A DNA stretch of 64,000 nucleotides, from positions 113,708,001 to 113,772,000 of the forward strand of contig OX597820.1 in the NCBI GenBank assembly GCA_951406725.2. The letters are read 5' to 3'. The first letter of the stretch is position 1. Every line of letters begins with the position of its first letter. Both the position numbers and the translations under genes were made by a program. This document shows, piece after piece, positions 56,001-64,000 of this stretch. Under the pieces are notes generated by a model. That model made no database searches, had not been told where the DNA came from, and saw nothing but the letters and a program-made list of their open reading frames with translations. The stretch is from Octopus vulgaris (taxonomy: Eukaryota).

Positions 56001-59000
56001 ATTCGGACAACGAAAGAGATTATAAGAATAACATAACATCAGATAATTCTTTAAAAGAGCAATCTAGCGATAGCAGAAGTTTCGAAGGAATTTGCGATAG
56101 AAAGATTAAGCCACTTCCGGTTAAGGATGATGTTAAAAAGATAACAGGCCAGATTTCTCCGTCTGTAAACAATGAGCAAATTATGAATAAGAATAGCATA
56201 AAAGATGATTCTACTGTACTGAATGAAAAGGAAAGCAAAATTATGGTGATTAAAGGGCGAGATAAGATTAAATGTGACATCACATCATCATCAGATGATT
56301 CATCATCGTCTGCTAGTGTTGATAAGACAAAGCTTTCTAGGTCTGCAGCTGTTAATGTGAAAAAAAGGGTTTCGTTTGACTTGAAACCTGACATCAGCAA
56401 ACATCCAGAAGATACAAAAGATAATGAACGTGTTTTGGATACGAAAAGCAACTACAAGGAGAAGAAACCTAAACACAAGTCAAAGACGAAAACTAGCAAA
56501 AATATCGAAAGCAGTTCTGCAGTAATCAGTGAAACTAGGAGTAAAGTAAAGTCAGAAGACTCTTTATTAACAAAAGAGAAGAATGGAGAGGCTATTTGCA
56601 CTGAGGAATCAAATAACGCTCCATCAGATATTATCCTTGCCGAAAGTTCGAATAAAGAAACGGAGGCAATTGATGGGTTAAAATTCTTCGAAAGACATCA
56701 GGCCGACAACGAGGTGACGACATCCGTCAAAAAAGAGAAAGGAACCACACCCTTTAAAACTGAAGAGTCTAAAAAGTCGAGGAGTAGAAATATGACGGCT
56801 GGTGTAAAAATATCAGAAATCCAGAAAGCGTCATATCTTTCCAGTAAATTCGGGTCGATTCATAACGAAAGCAAAGAAGACAAACAGTTCAATTTGCCAC
56901 ATTCTGGAAGTCAAATAAAGGGGGAAATGCGTGAGGGATTAGGTGAATCAAATTTTAAACAAACACACGACCAAACAAACGACACAGGGAACGAAACAAA
57001 AGAGAAGGAACTAGAAATCGAAAATTTGAACGTCAAAGATCAGAATTATGCCAAAGATATCACCAAAGAAACGAAACTGGGAACCGATACCAATTTGAAA
57101 GAAAACTGGGGGATTTCGAAAATGCAAAACGAAAATTTCGAAAATACATCTTGCCAAAAGATTAAGCAAAGTACTGTTGATGTTAGTGAGAAAGAACTTG
57201 ATCAGGTAAGAGTGTATGAGACTATGTCAAACGGGACTGTCGCTGAAGTAAGAGATGCAGGAAAAGATGCTGTTAAAATAGACTCTGTCAAAGACGAAGA
57301 GTCAATAAGTAAAGAGTTCAAAGAAAACAGCTTGTCAGAAAAGGAAGAAGCCAATTTCATCTCTTCATCAAAATCGGCCGAATATACGGAAGTTAAAACC
57401 TCAAAGGAGGCAGTGGTGAAAGATGTTGAATTAGATGGAAATGAACAGAATGGCAGGGGTTTCTCGAATAGAGAGGGAGAAAGTTGTGCAGAAGCAGATA
57501 TTGACAAGCTGAAAGTTGAACAAAAAAAGGAGGATTCGGAATCTGAAGTTCGAATTGAGAAGAAGGAAGCTCGAATTATTGAAGATCTTTGTAAATACGC
57601 GGTGGAGGGTATAACAGAACCGCTGGAGGTTCTAAATACTCAGAATGTAGAAAACACGGAAATGTCGATGGAAATTGTCTATGATAACGTAGCTGATGTC
57701 TCCATCGAATCTCATGAAGTTGTACAAATGAATGTTGGCGAAAGTCTTACTGATCCTGTAAACTTACATTGCAACGATCCAATGGAGGACTTGACGACAT
57801 CTTTGAGTGACCAACTGGAAGATATTCGGACGACGCCAACAGAGGTTCTAGAGAACGAGTTTAAGGAGATCTCGATTTGTCCCGATGATGTTTGTTGTAA
57901 ACATTCAACTGAAATGTTTACTGATGTAAACAATGAACCAGAAGTCCTCCAAGATTCTGTATGCGTTCTGGAAGCAAACACCTTAGAAACACCAAAGGAA
58001 TCAATAACCGACCAAAACGAGAGATTAGCAAAATTAACAGAAATTACAGATTATGAGGTTATACATGTTGGCGGTGGTATGGAGCTTAGTGTATCAATAG
58101 AACAAGCAGATACAGTATGTGAGGAGAAAAGAAATATTTCCGATGAGACCAAAGATTCTGAAGAACCATTAAAATCTCCACAAGAACTTTATTCCACAGA
58201 ATCTACAGAGCCTCTACAATATGAAGAAGTCAGTAAACTTGTTACGGCGGTGACGAGAGCTCATTTCAAAGACTCGCCAAGTTATTTGATTGATTGTCTG
58301 AGCTGCTCAGATGACAATAAAGTAGAATATTGTACAGATTTGGTGGACTTGGAGAACATAGACCACGAAGAAAACATCATAGAGATCACCGTCGTTGAAC
58401 ATTCTAGAGTAGAGGGTATTCCGATTGAAATGTTTGATGTTGCATCAATAGACGAAATCATAAGCTTTGTGAAACTTGAGAATACGATCTCTGAAGATCC
58501 GATCCATGATTCAACCGAACCTGTAGACATTGTCAAAGAAGTTCTTGCAAACGCTTCACTAGAACCTGAACACGTGCTCTGTCAAAAGATTACTGAAACT
58601 CTACTGGAATCTATAAAAAGTCAACAGAAACTGGACTCTCAATCTTCTTCAGTTGCCAGTCGAGAAGATGACTCCAAGAGTTTCACTGGTGACAAAAGCC
58701 AAGTAACATCTGAAGAAAAATCTGAGAAAAATTACTCGCCCGTAGAGTCACAACAGTCACAGCGGACATCAAACGAATTAGAAGAACAGAGCGTAAAAGA
58801 TTCTAAAGAACTTACTGGTAAAGTTAATGACAAAAGCATGTCTCTTTGCCTTGAAAGTGAACAACGAGGGGTTGATTCGAAAATCACTACAGATAAAACT
58901 TCAAACAATTCAAGCTACCTATCACCGACAAATGTGAATGATTTTAATGAATCTGAAAAAGATAAGGAAACATTAAAAGATCAAATTAGTTCAGATATTG

Positions 59001-62000
59001 AAACATCTAAATATAAGGAGAAATTGATAAATGAAGATAGCAATGAATCACTGGAAACAACAAGTTGTCAGGCAGTTGTCAAGGAAAAATCGACATGTGA
59101 CAAAGATGGCGCTTTTAATGAGATTGATGATAAAGAATTAAAAACGAATAAAGATAACGATGCCAAATTGACTGTAGAAATTGTCGGAGCTGATAAAGAA
59201 CTAAGTAAAGCGGCAATAATTGAAGGAAAAAAAGAGAAAAAAGAAAAAGAAGAAAAAGCAAAAAGAGAAAAGAAAGAAATGAAAGAAAAAGAGAAACGAG
59301 AAAAGAAAGAAATGAAAGAAAAAGAAAAACAGGAAAAGAAAGAGAAGAAAGAAATGGAGAAAAGAGAAAAGCTAATGAAAAAAGAGAAGGAAAAGCAAGA
59401 AAAGATAGAGAGAAAGTTGAAGGAAAAAATGAAAAAAGAAGGAAAAGTCGAGGCAGAAATAATAGAGGAAAATAGGAAGGAAAATGAAGAAGCGAAGATT
59501 GAAGAGACAGAAATCAGAACAACTGACATTGTAGAAGACAGAAAGAATGAAGGAGTAGAAAATATAGATGGAATAAATCTGGAAAATAGGGAAGAAAAAA
59601 TAGAAAAGATGTCGGTCGTGAAGATGGAAGAATCTAGAAAAACAGAAGAAACTCCTGCTTTTGTCGAAAACAAAGAGAAGACAATTAAGGAAGGGGAATT
59701 GGGGAAAATGGCATCGATCTTTGAGAGAACGAATGAGAAGGACTTTCAGGAAAGACAAACTGAAGAAGTACTGGTCGTGGATGGAAAGGAGGGAAAGGAA
59801 AGGAAAGAAGAGAAAGTTGAGGTACTGTCAGTAGCAGAAAGAAAGAGAGAGAAAGGTAAAATAGAAGAAAAATCTAAAGACGTTTTGGTCGATAAAGGTA
59901 AAGAATTGAAGAAAGTTGAAGTCATCGAAGGAAATGAAGAAAATAAAATGAAAGAAAGAGAAAGTAAAGAGATTTCTGCGGTTGAAAGAAAGAGGGAGAA
60001 AAATGAAAAAGAAGAAAAGTACGAAGAAAAACAGGTCTTTGAAGAAAAGAAGGAAGAACTAAGAAATGAAGAAAAAACCGAAGAAGTGTTAATCGTTCGT
60101 GACGAGAAGAAAGTAGAGCTAGGAGACAAAATGGAAAGGATATCATCGGTCGCTGACGTAAAGGAGAAACAGGCGAATATAATGAAAGAAATGAAGATTG
60201 AAGATGAGGCTGAGGGAGAAGGTGAAGGTAAAGTAGACAGGGAACGGGAGAAAATGAGTGGAAATGAACTTGTAAATTTGGAAAAGGAATCAGAAGTTAT
60301 GGGGAATAAAGAGAGAAATAACAAGGAGGAGATAACTATGGATAAGAGAGAGAAGCATGATCAACAGCAGTTGTCACTTAAGGATCGTAATGAGGAGGAG
60401 GAAGAGGAGGAGTTTTACGACAGTGTGGACATATCACCACGGGAAAGTGCAAACGAACTCCCTGCTGAATTGCGTGAACAGAACGATAATCTCAAGCCTA
60501 ACGAGAGTTCAGTTAAAGCGCAGGATTTAGAATCGGTGACACCTCCTTCTTCAACTGAGTCACTGAAGGAATTGAAAAGTCCCTGTTTAGATAAAGATGG
60601 CGCTCTGAGCAACATTCAAGATAGTATTACTGCTGCTACTGTTGATGTCACTAAAGATATAGACATAGCAAAACAAGTGACGGAAACAGCAAGTAGTTCG
60701 TTACCGGATATTTCCGTGGCGTCATCTACTTCGGAAAATGACGGCTTCAAGGAACAAAGTACTAACAACAATAATATAGACGATAGCGAAACTATGTTAT
60801 CACAGCGTAACAGTAAACAAGACAGTAGTGGTTCAGATATTACTGATATAGCTCTAGCGAAGCAGGAAGAGGCTAAAGATAACGATATCACAAGCATCAG
60901 TAAAGAAGTAAGAGCTACAACAGCAACAACAACAGCAGCAACAAAAACAACAGTCACAACAACAGTAGCAAAAATCGATGGAACAGATCTTCAATCCAAT
61001 GAAACTGAAGAGACTATTGATACCTCAGATTCAACAAATATCTTGAACACTGGACAAAACAAATATGTACCTCCTCAGCGTGAAAGCTGTGAAGATATGT
61101 CGTTAGCAGATACTAGTGCTTCGAGCGGAAATGAGAAAATAAGCTATGAAAAACCAACAGAACATAAGATCTCTACAAACATGGAGGATGATGTTAAGGA
61201 AATTAGTTTTCCTGATAAAGTCGAAAACAACAGAGAAATTGTTTTGTTAGCTTCAGATAGTGAAGCTGAAATGACCGTCCCTGCTGAGAGTAGATCTGAA
61301 GAACAGTTGCAGAGTGCAGTTTGTGAAAACGCAAAACTAAACAATGACGAAATATTAGTACAACCCATTGTTGATGAATCGAAAGAAATTTCTCCCAGTA
61401 TTTCAACGACTGATGACACTAAAGATGAAGTTGTTGCATCGACACAAGCAAACAACGTGTCGTCTGATTTAGTCGAAAAAGGTATACCTCATACGACGAT
61501 TGAAAGTAACGAAGAAGAGGAGAAAACTCAAGCCACACCCACCAAAAGTGGTGTTCTTTATGCTGTTGATGCTCTAAAGAGAATGTTTGGCTTTTCTTCG
61601 AGTGAAGAACTTGAAACATGTGACAAGAATAAAGAATGTATAATCACAAGTGAAGCCAGTGACAACAGGCAGCAATTGGATGGCAAAAAGGACAGTGTGT
61701 GTCACGATGAGGATAATATTTCTGTAGAAGTCGCGAAAGGAATCAATGAACGGGATACACCAGAAAATAAGGATTCCAAAGACTCTGAAGTTGAATATTT
61801 TGACAAGAACGACGGAAGTGATAAAACTGATACATATTTAGAAGAACAAATATCACTTCAGCCAACGTCTATGGAAGATAAGAAAGAAGATATAAACAAA
61901 GCAAATAAAGACATTGAGATCGAATCTTCAAAAGAGGAAACCGGTGAAATGAAACACAGCGAGGATATTGTTAGTTCTGAAGGGAAAGATAGAATTATTC

Positions 62001-64000
62001 CTTGTGATGAAATAATACAGGTGTCGGAAGACGGAGATCATGCCAGCAGCGAAGACACAACAGATCAAGAAAGTAGCTCAGAATCTTCAAAATCGGTAGA
62101 AGAATCAAACAGTGAAATAAGTGAACCAGATTCTGCAGAAAGTTCAGGAATTATTGCTGCAGATTTAGAAGAACTGCCTCCGTTTTCTCCTCAACAAACA
62201 TCAGAGGAGAGAAATCTTGAAGATAGCGACGAAAAAGTCTTCAATGAGGAAGACCAGAAAGACACATCTCATGAAGAGTCAAAAGAATTTATAACCACTG
62301 AAGAGGGGGAAACAGAGCTCGAATTGTCGCCAGTTATTTCTAAGATTGATAACTTAGAAGATGGCTGCATCGAAAACACGGTCGAAATTACAGTCGTTAC
62401 AGATGAAGATTTGTCCGGTGACTTGTTGCCGGAATCAGATATTCTCAAAAATGAAGAAGATGCAAGGGCTCAGTCAGTGGACACTGATGTTGACGCAGAA
62501 TTTATTGTGACATCTTCTGGGTCCTCAGATATTGTAACACCAGAAGAGAATCTTGAATCTAAAATTAAAAGAAAGCCACCAGTTCCACTACCAAGAACAA
62601 CTTCCAAGTCAGAAGCAAAGGATTCTAACAAGGAATCAGAATCATCTGAAGAAATCGAAGATTTAATAGACACGGAATCAATGAATGATTATACGGAAGA
62701 TGGACAAACTTCAGTAGAAAGTAAAAGTAAAAAACCAGTTCCTTTACCAAGAAGTGGTGTTAAAGCGGCTGAAACGGTAAAAGAATCACCTGAAACTGAC
62801 GAATCTATAGAGGAACAGTTCAGAGATCTTTCGAGCAGATTTAACATGTTGCCACCAGAAATGGGTGAGAAACTAAATTTCAAAAAGAAACCTCCAAAGT
62901 TACCGCCAAAATCTAAACTTAGTGGTGAACCAAATAGCACCGAAGAAATTAATTCTTGCGATGAGGAATCTGAAAATAATGATTCTGAAGAAATTAAAGA
63001 TATCAAAAGCAGATTAAGTATGTTGCCAGCAGAAATGGGTTTCAAACTTAATTTTAAGAAGAAAACTCCACCGCCACCACCATCGAAACTTGCAACAAAA
63101 GAAGATAAGGCAGGTGAAATACCTGAAGCTGAAAGTGACGCTCATAATGAGGAAGAGAAGTTAATTGAAAATATAGAGATAAAGGAACAGGACAATAAAA
63201 TCGAACCAATATGTTCTGGCACTGAAGACGCTGATGATGCACAAATGGATCTAAAACGAAGAATGAGTATGCTATCGGCAGAAATGGGAGTTGAAATTAA
63301 TTTGAGGAAGAAAAGCCCTCCAAGTCCAGCACCAAAGGTAAAAAGGAGCGATAATTCAATTAACGCGGAAGAAAATAAATTAATTGAAGGCGACAAAGGC
63401 TCTGAAAGTATTGACGGGTTGGAGCAAGTTTCTGATAACATCAGTAATACGGACGATTCAGACGAACAATCAATGGATTTAAAAAGTCGGCTAAATAAAT
63501 TATCTAACGAGATGGGAACTCAAGTAACTCTGAAGAAATCAGCCCCGGTACCGCCACCTAAATTTACCAAAGACAAAACGAAATTACAATCGGAAGATGA
63601 TGAAGAAGAAATGGATTTGAAGTCACGAATGAATAAACTTTCTTCAGAGATGGGTACTGAAATTAATTTAAAGAAAACCAAAAAACCCCCAGTGCCTTTA
63701 CCAAAGACTGCAGCGGCAAAGATCAATAGTGTGACGGAGGTAGAGTCAGAAGATCCAGAGGAAAGTGGGGAGACCTCTTGTACATTCGTTATTTCTACAA
63801 GTATTAATGACGTAGAATGTGATGAATCAGGTAGTTTTACGTTTGTAATCAACAGTGATGCTACGGAAGATCAAACCGTATTTGCAGTCAGCGATAGTTC
63901 TGGAACAAAATCTGAAACAACTACAGACGGTGACGTAAAAACAGCCGATAGCAGCGCAAATAAAGCAGAAGGTGATGATGAGAACTCTAACAGTTTTACT
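50009..64000 (+). CDS. Giant uninterrupted ORF (at least 13992 nt, 4664 aa, 3' incomplete); acidic/Ser/Lys-rich, predicted disordered scaffold protein
   Basis: ATG at 50009 in strong context (aaaatATGG) with in-frame TAA at 50003. Reads MDRGESRAAPSRIEVG...; the same frame reads KAEGDDENSNSFT at 63962-64000. The ORF track lists no stop-terminated ORF in this frame and my spot translations are open. No SINEs or dinucleotide microsatellites in 14 kb. Confidence 0.93.
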   Translation, partial: MDRGESRAAPSRIEVGRTASMENTRDDVIRLPFIGTFPRTRRDKIDESKMPSTQSPTSYRQKIRSGIFGNRTSRFLEEVKPSEQRGTIFGTLPRRKVTETDTYPEHHSSLPRSHSDMKTIKSLVKETSFPVYGGGRNTFERTIINTDYRRSPFAVRSPRSNSNSRASMHDYALSSDEGSWSAADSGHIDDMESSVLSTASSQNAGDSNTDEQKKKKKNIKSLGKRIKKGLYSLFHKHEKRDRDSGVDDIRQTDEESNRTYCSTDSEFDRDSVSNFSYTSSVSRNNYGSNATLSQTGPNEDRLSMVSSSTLSNYGNDRHKAGMRRVRSMGFQDKKSTLGHFANATPYDKPDGDVTSVSAQNQRKTYSHQLGMSPGSSTDIVDRNVQDRTASANTNIHEDSNMRRSLTSEKINKDSKVTNRTSLPFMGINLHSKKSQEFSVSSQKTHIDQTASVEDRTVLLNTDTLVCEDNSMRRSLTSEKINKDSKATNRTSLPFMGINLHSKKSQEFSTSSQKTHLDQTASTSEDVSASKSKNTSKVSRGLFGFSFPGRSNKSSSSQLKSTTKNSKGNTDGEDTSYKTSQERKSLEEKHGRMFLPILSGPKASKNRSVVVVASSIVGMSPLGQLSDSSFSNIEDLKTDHLNDNIPSYTEPDKIKDSQQHKTIANFLERKDPRTQDLAPARNNNQVYPSAKQSGTENSVKLTTSKREFNKHSNSESHQLGSNLLRNERTASPKSVSMHQRHVPEAAAIRVESQMSKEKTNLGNESVILSQVTQVRNETKNEEKISWHTKETSGKTNGEDLSIKEDKTRTVFQYRTETNYDDDDDDDDDNEFFDIEEPTDKAPTSSDGDNTDLEFYDSVELAPDTLGQIKEDSSGENKAAFGYSSTTQIKTSFEHLSQDRIHRRSEDNISSRSEISKSNVSPHRLHNVANSSAPATQAFKTPYITDNGAEWIKRTDYSQVLTKTDDVEEIKRRSDIIVQKSKSIDESSSGERPTLDLPNRVNQIQRTANQSKAVEELSKFNEISSSSRKTVLSTSPSISAARKTVPSSNISKSLELFQKEITKVGKQPMKIEEKTQISTREEKGVCVSKHGRDSAEEPPPERDKHGFGVKPLNDNNDSLRIFSGADDIANAKYRGIRQTEESIKHISRSNSENIPKKEVEEAARINDVPTLRSDNIKTENQYVGREIDGEHSPGDQSIENVRKDDIEENKSKNIIKSDENQSRRINNDKSKIKVDSETALSSTVRKSDLESTANDTKSIYSSKHPKREKSEKSWKKSPKEKTDSHTAHTDGSAQKEIAKSQLPHPEKTKSTRRENIAQKFDRPEDKNDANLGIGATENREPIQKEKPAKSVSEMTQIFDASGKHLGYVSMEEILRLLSEKLNLPSAVNLDQNTSKDAATSVTSSLHRKMEGEPAEKSFNAKHSSSYESKDKFDNEPHRHTSSKADMPKEKEFRDHSKIDSGVDNKHSKKVSPKHSSESSPESSSESSPEISSEYSTEVRTESSSESSAQASIIDKNEHLTVLSEPTSNDTSAEHSVESSPELSSECSPELSSECSPELSSDSSCAELSGESSSPDVNSIPSSEANSETECDREFSFEHSRVLNEEDQIKDGDTSSDFKLNFVSENKSSDDSKIDIIRIIDNENSVDVPNKEDRTSWSERAPSDSDIAAKNESLDNQVEIDHETNIEIVNRDLSEKQFKDSEETLDTAHKTDKESKLQTKIDAADKRKVNLSPTSTEENLNNMSDLKHHRSETLQARSTVSDDVGVTSKEVFTEFGPKQKPDDVNIEQIVSEFVDSKRKSSEYDLRASNQNSSDGILAKTNDAKNSKSSENIKAIEISRSKSESIECKEEKENKYTEPNKPKVIRKYSKSSKHVDIDLLADQMKEADASNKTDKLEDSDHIVSEQNKVKVDKDEKKEEKSRPPKQNRKSEQKRNKKKNNINKTSRNNEIFSSEDNSAKSSGADIPGKTSSERPKRSAVESSESDGSNSLANSTSKVKRKVDSDNERDYKNNITSDNSLKEQSSDSRSFEGICDRKIKPLPVKDDVKKITGQISPSVNNEQIMNKNSIKDDSTVLNEKESKIMVIKGRDKIKCDITSSSDDSSSSASVDKTKLSRSAAVNVKKRVSFDLKPDISKHPEDTKDNERVLDTKSNYKEKKPKHKSKTKTSKNIESSSAVISETRSKVKSEDSLLTKEKNGEAICTEESNNAPSDIILAESSNKETEAIDGLKFFERHQADNEVTTSVKKEKGTTPFKTEESKKSRSRNMTAGVKISEIQKASYLSSKFGSIHNESKEDKQFNLPHSGSQIKGEMREGLGESNFKQTHDQTNDTGNETKEKELEIENLNVKDQNYAKDITKETKLGTDTNLKENWGISKMQNENFENTSCQKIKQSTVDVSEKELDQVRVYETMSNGTVAEVRDAGKDAVKIDSVKDEESISKEFKENSLSEKEEANFISSSKSAEYTEVKTSKEAVVKDVELDGNEQNGRGFSNREGESCAEADIDKLKVEQKKEDSESEVRIEKKEARIIEDLCKYAVEGITEPLEVLNTQNVENTEMSMEIVYDNVADVSIESHEVVQMNVGESLTDPVNLHCNDPMEDLTTSLSDQLEDIRTTPTEVLENEFKEISICPDDVCCKHSTEMFTDVNNEPEVLQDSVCVLEANTLETPKESITDQNERLAKLTEITDYEVIHVGGGMELSVSIEQADTVCEEKRNISDETKDSEEPLKSPQELYSTESTEPLQYEEVSKLVTAVTRAHFKDSPSYLIDCLSCSDDNKVEYCTDLVDLENIDHEENIIEITVVEHSRVEGIPIEMFDVASIDEIISFVKLENTISEDPIHDSTEPVDIVKEVLANASLEPEHVLCQKITETLLESIKSQQKLDSQSSSVASREDDSKSFTGDKSQVTSEEKSEKNYSPVESQQSQRTSNELEEQSVKDSKELTGKVNDKSMSLCLESEQRGVDSKITTDKTSNNSSYLSPTNVNDFNESEKDKETLKDQISSDIETSKYKEKLINEDSNESLETTSCQAVVKEKSTCDKDGAFNEIDDKELKTNKDNDAKLTVEIVGADKELSKAAIIEGKKEKKEKEEKAKREKKEMKEKEKREKKEMKEKEKQEKKEKKEMEKREKLMKKEKEKQEKIERKLKEKMKKEGKVEAEIIEENRKENEEAKIEETEIRTTDIVEDRKNEGVENIDGINLENREEKIEKMSVVKMEESRKTEETPAFVENKEKTIKEGELGKMASIFERTNEKDFQERQTEEVLVVDGKEGKERKEEKVEVLSVAERKREKGKIEEKSKDVLVDKGKELKKVEVIEGNEENKMKERESKEISAVERKREKNEKEEKYEEKQVFEEKKEELRNEEKTEEVLIVRDEKKVELGDKMERISSVADVKEKQANIMKEMKIEDEAEGEGEGKVDREREKMSGNELVNLEKESEVMGNKERNNKEEITMDKREKHDQQQLSLKDRNEEEEEEEFYDSVDISPRESANELPAELREQNDNLKPNESSVKAQDLESVTPPSSTESLKELKSPCLDKDGALSNIQDSITAATVDVTKDIDIAKQVTETASSSLPDISVASSTSENDGFKEQSTNNNNIDDSETMLSQRNSKQDSSGSDITDIALAKQEEAKDNDITSISKEVRATTATTTAATKTTVTTTVAKIDGTDLQSNETEETIDTSDSTNILNTGQNKYVPPQRESCEDMSLADTSASSGNEKISYEKPTEHKISTNMEDDVKEISFPDKVENNREIVLLASDSEAEMTVPAESRSEEQLQSAVCENAKLNNDEILVQPIVDESKEISPSISTTDDTKDEVVASTQANNVSSDLVEKGIPHTTIESNEEEEKTQATPTKSGVLYAVDALKRMFGFSSSEELETCDKNKECIITSEASDNRQQLDGKKDSVCHDEDNISVEVAKGINERDTPENKDSKDSEVEYFDKNDGSDKTDTYLEEQISLQPTSMEDKKEDINKANKDIEIESSKEETGEMKHSEDIVSSEGKDRIIPCDEIIQVSEDGDHASSEDTTDQESSSESSKSVEESNSEISEPDSAESSGIIAADLEELPPFSPQQTSEERNLEDSDEKVFNEEDQKDTSHEESKEFITTEEGETELELSPVISKIDNLEDGCIENTVEITVVTDEDLSGDLLPESDILKNEEDARAQSVDTDVDAEFIVTSSGSSDIVTPEENLESKIKRKPPVPLPRTTSKSEAKDSNKESESSEEIEDLIDTESMNDYTEDGQTSVESKSKKPVPLPRSGVKAAETVKESPETDESIEEQFRDLSSRFNMLPPEMGEKLNFKKKPPKLPPKSKLSGEPNSTEEINSCDEESENNDSEEIKDIKSRLSMLPAEMGFKLNFKKKTPPPPPSKLATKEDKAGEIPEAESDAHNEEEKLIENIEIKEQDNKIEPICSGTEDADDAQMDLKRRMSMLSAEMGVEINLRKKSPPSPAPKVKRSDNSINAEENKLIEGDKGSESIDGLEQVSDNISNTDDSDEQSMDLKSRLNKLSNEMGTQVTLKKSAPVPPPKFTKDKTKLQSEDDEEEMDLKSRMNKLSSEMGTEINLKKTKKPPVPLPKTAAAKINSVTEVESEDPEESGETSCTFVISTSINDVECDESGSFTFVINSDATEDQTVFAVSDSSGTKSETTTDGDVKTADSSANKAEGDDENSNSFT
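51160..51570 (+). repeat. In-frame 210-nt (70-aa) tandem duplication inside the giant ORF
   Basis: gagacgcagcttaacatc at 51211 and 51421; peptide MRRSLTSEKINKDSKxTNRTSLPFMGINLHSKKSQEFS occurs twice. Confidence 0.92.
62825..63706 (+). repeat. Five protein-level repeats D(L/I)xxR(L/M/F)xxLxxEMGxxxx(L/F)(K/R)K plus a Pro-rich tail
   Basis: Units start at 62825, 62999, 63248, 63476 and 63614. Confidence 0.9.

Noticed and set aside
50182-63852. Minus-strand and alternate-frame ORFs rich in S/F/L
   Set aside because: Shadow frames of the purine-rich giant + strand ORF
50009-64000. Naming the giant ORF as ankyrin, titin, neurofilament, Futsch or SASH1
   Set aside because: Only compositional or short-motif resemblance; no diagnostic domain is visible in the window

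Overview
Eukaryotic, AT-rich, microsatellite- and SINE-dense DNA. The repeat content looks like a coleoid cephalopod, probably Octopus; this is my recognition of the repeats, not a database result. Bases 1-49.9 kb read as introns of one + strand gene carrying six tiny symmetric phase-0 exons (66, 66, 45, 60, 66 and 48 nt). They are followed by an uninterrupted ORF from ATG 50009 to the window end (at least 4664 codons), absent from the ORF track because it has no stop in the window. It encodes an acidic, largely disordered protein with three FFAT-like motifs, an E/K helix and five tandem helix-(L/F)(K/R)K-polyproline repeats (WH2-like or MIM1-like). The introns hold several tRNA-derived SINE families, LINE fragments (RTE, CR1-group, R4/Dong-like), Tc1/maT/mariner relics, MITEs and a non-autonomous Helitron. 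They also hold several hammerhead ribozyme folds: a tandem pair 306 nt apart (retrozyme-like, U3-A8 core variant) and two sense-strand hammerheads inside foldback elements. All folds, alignments and translations were done by eye.
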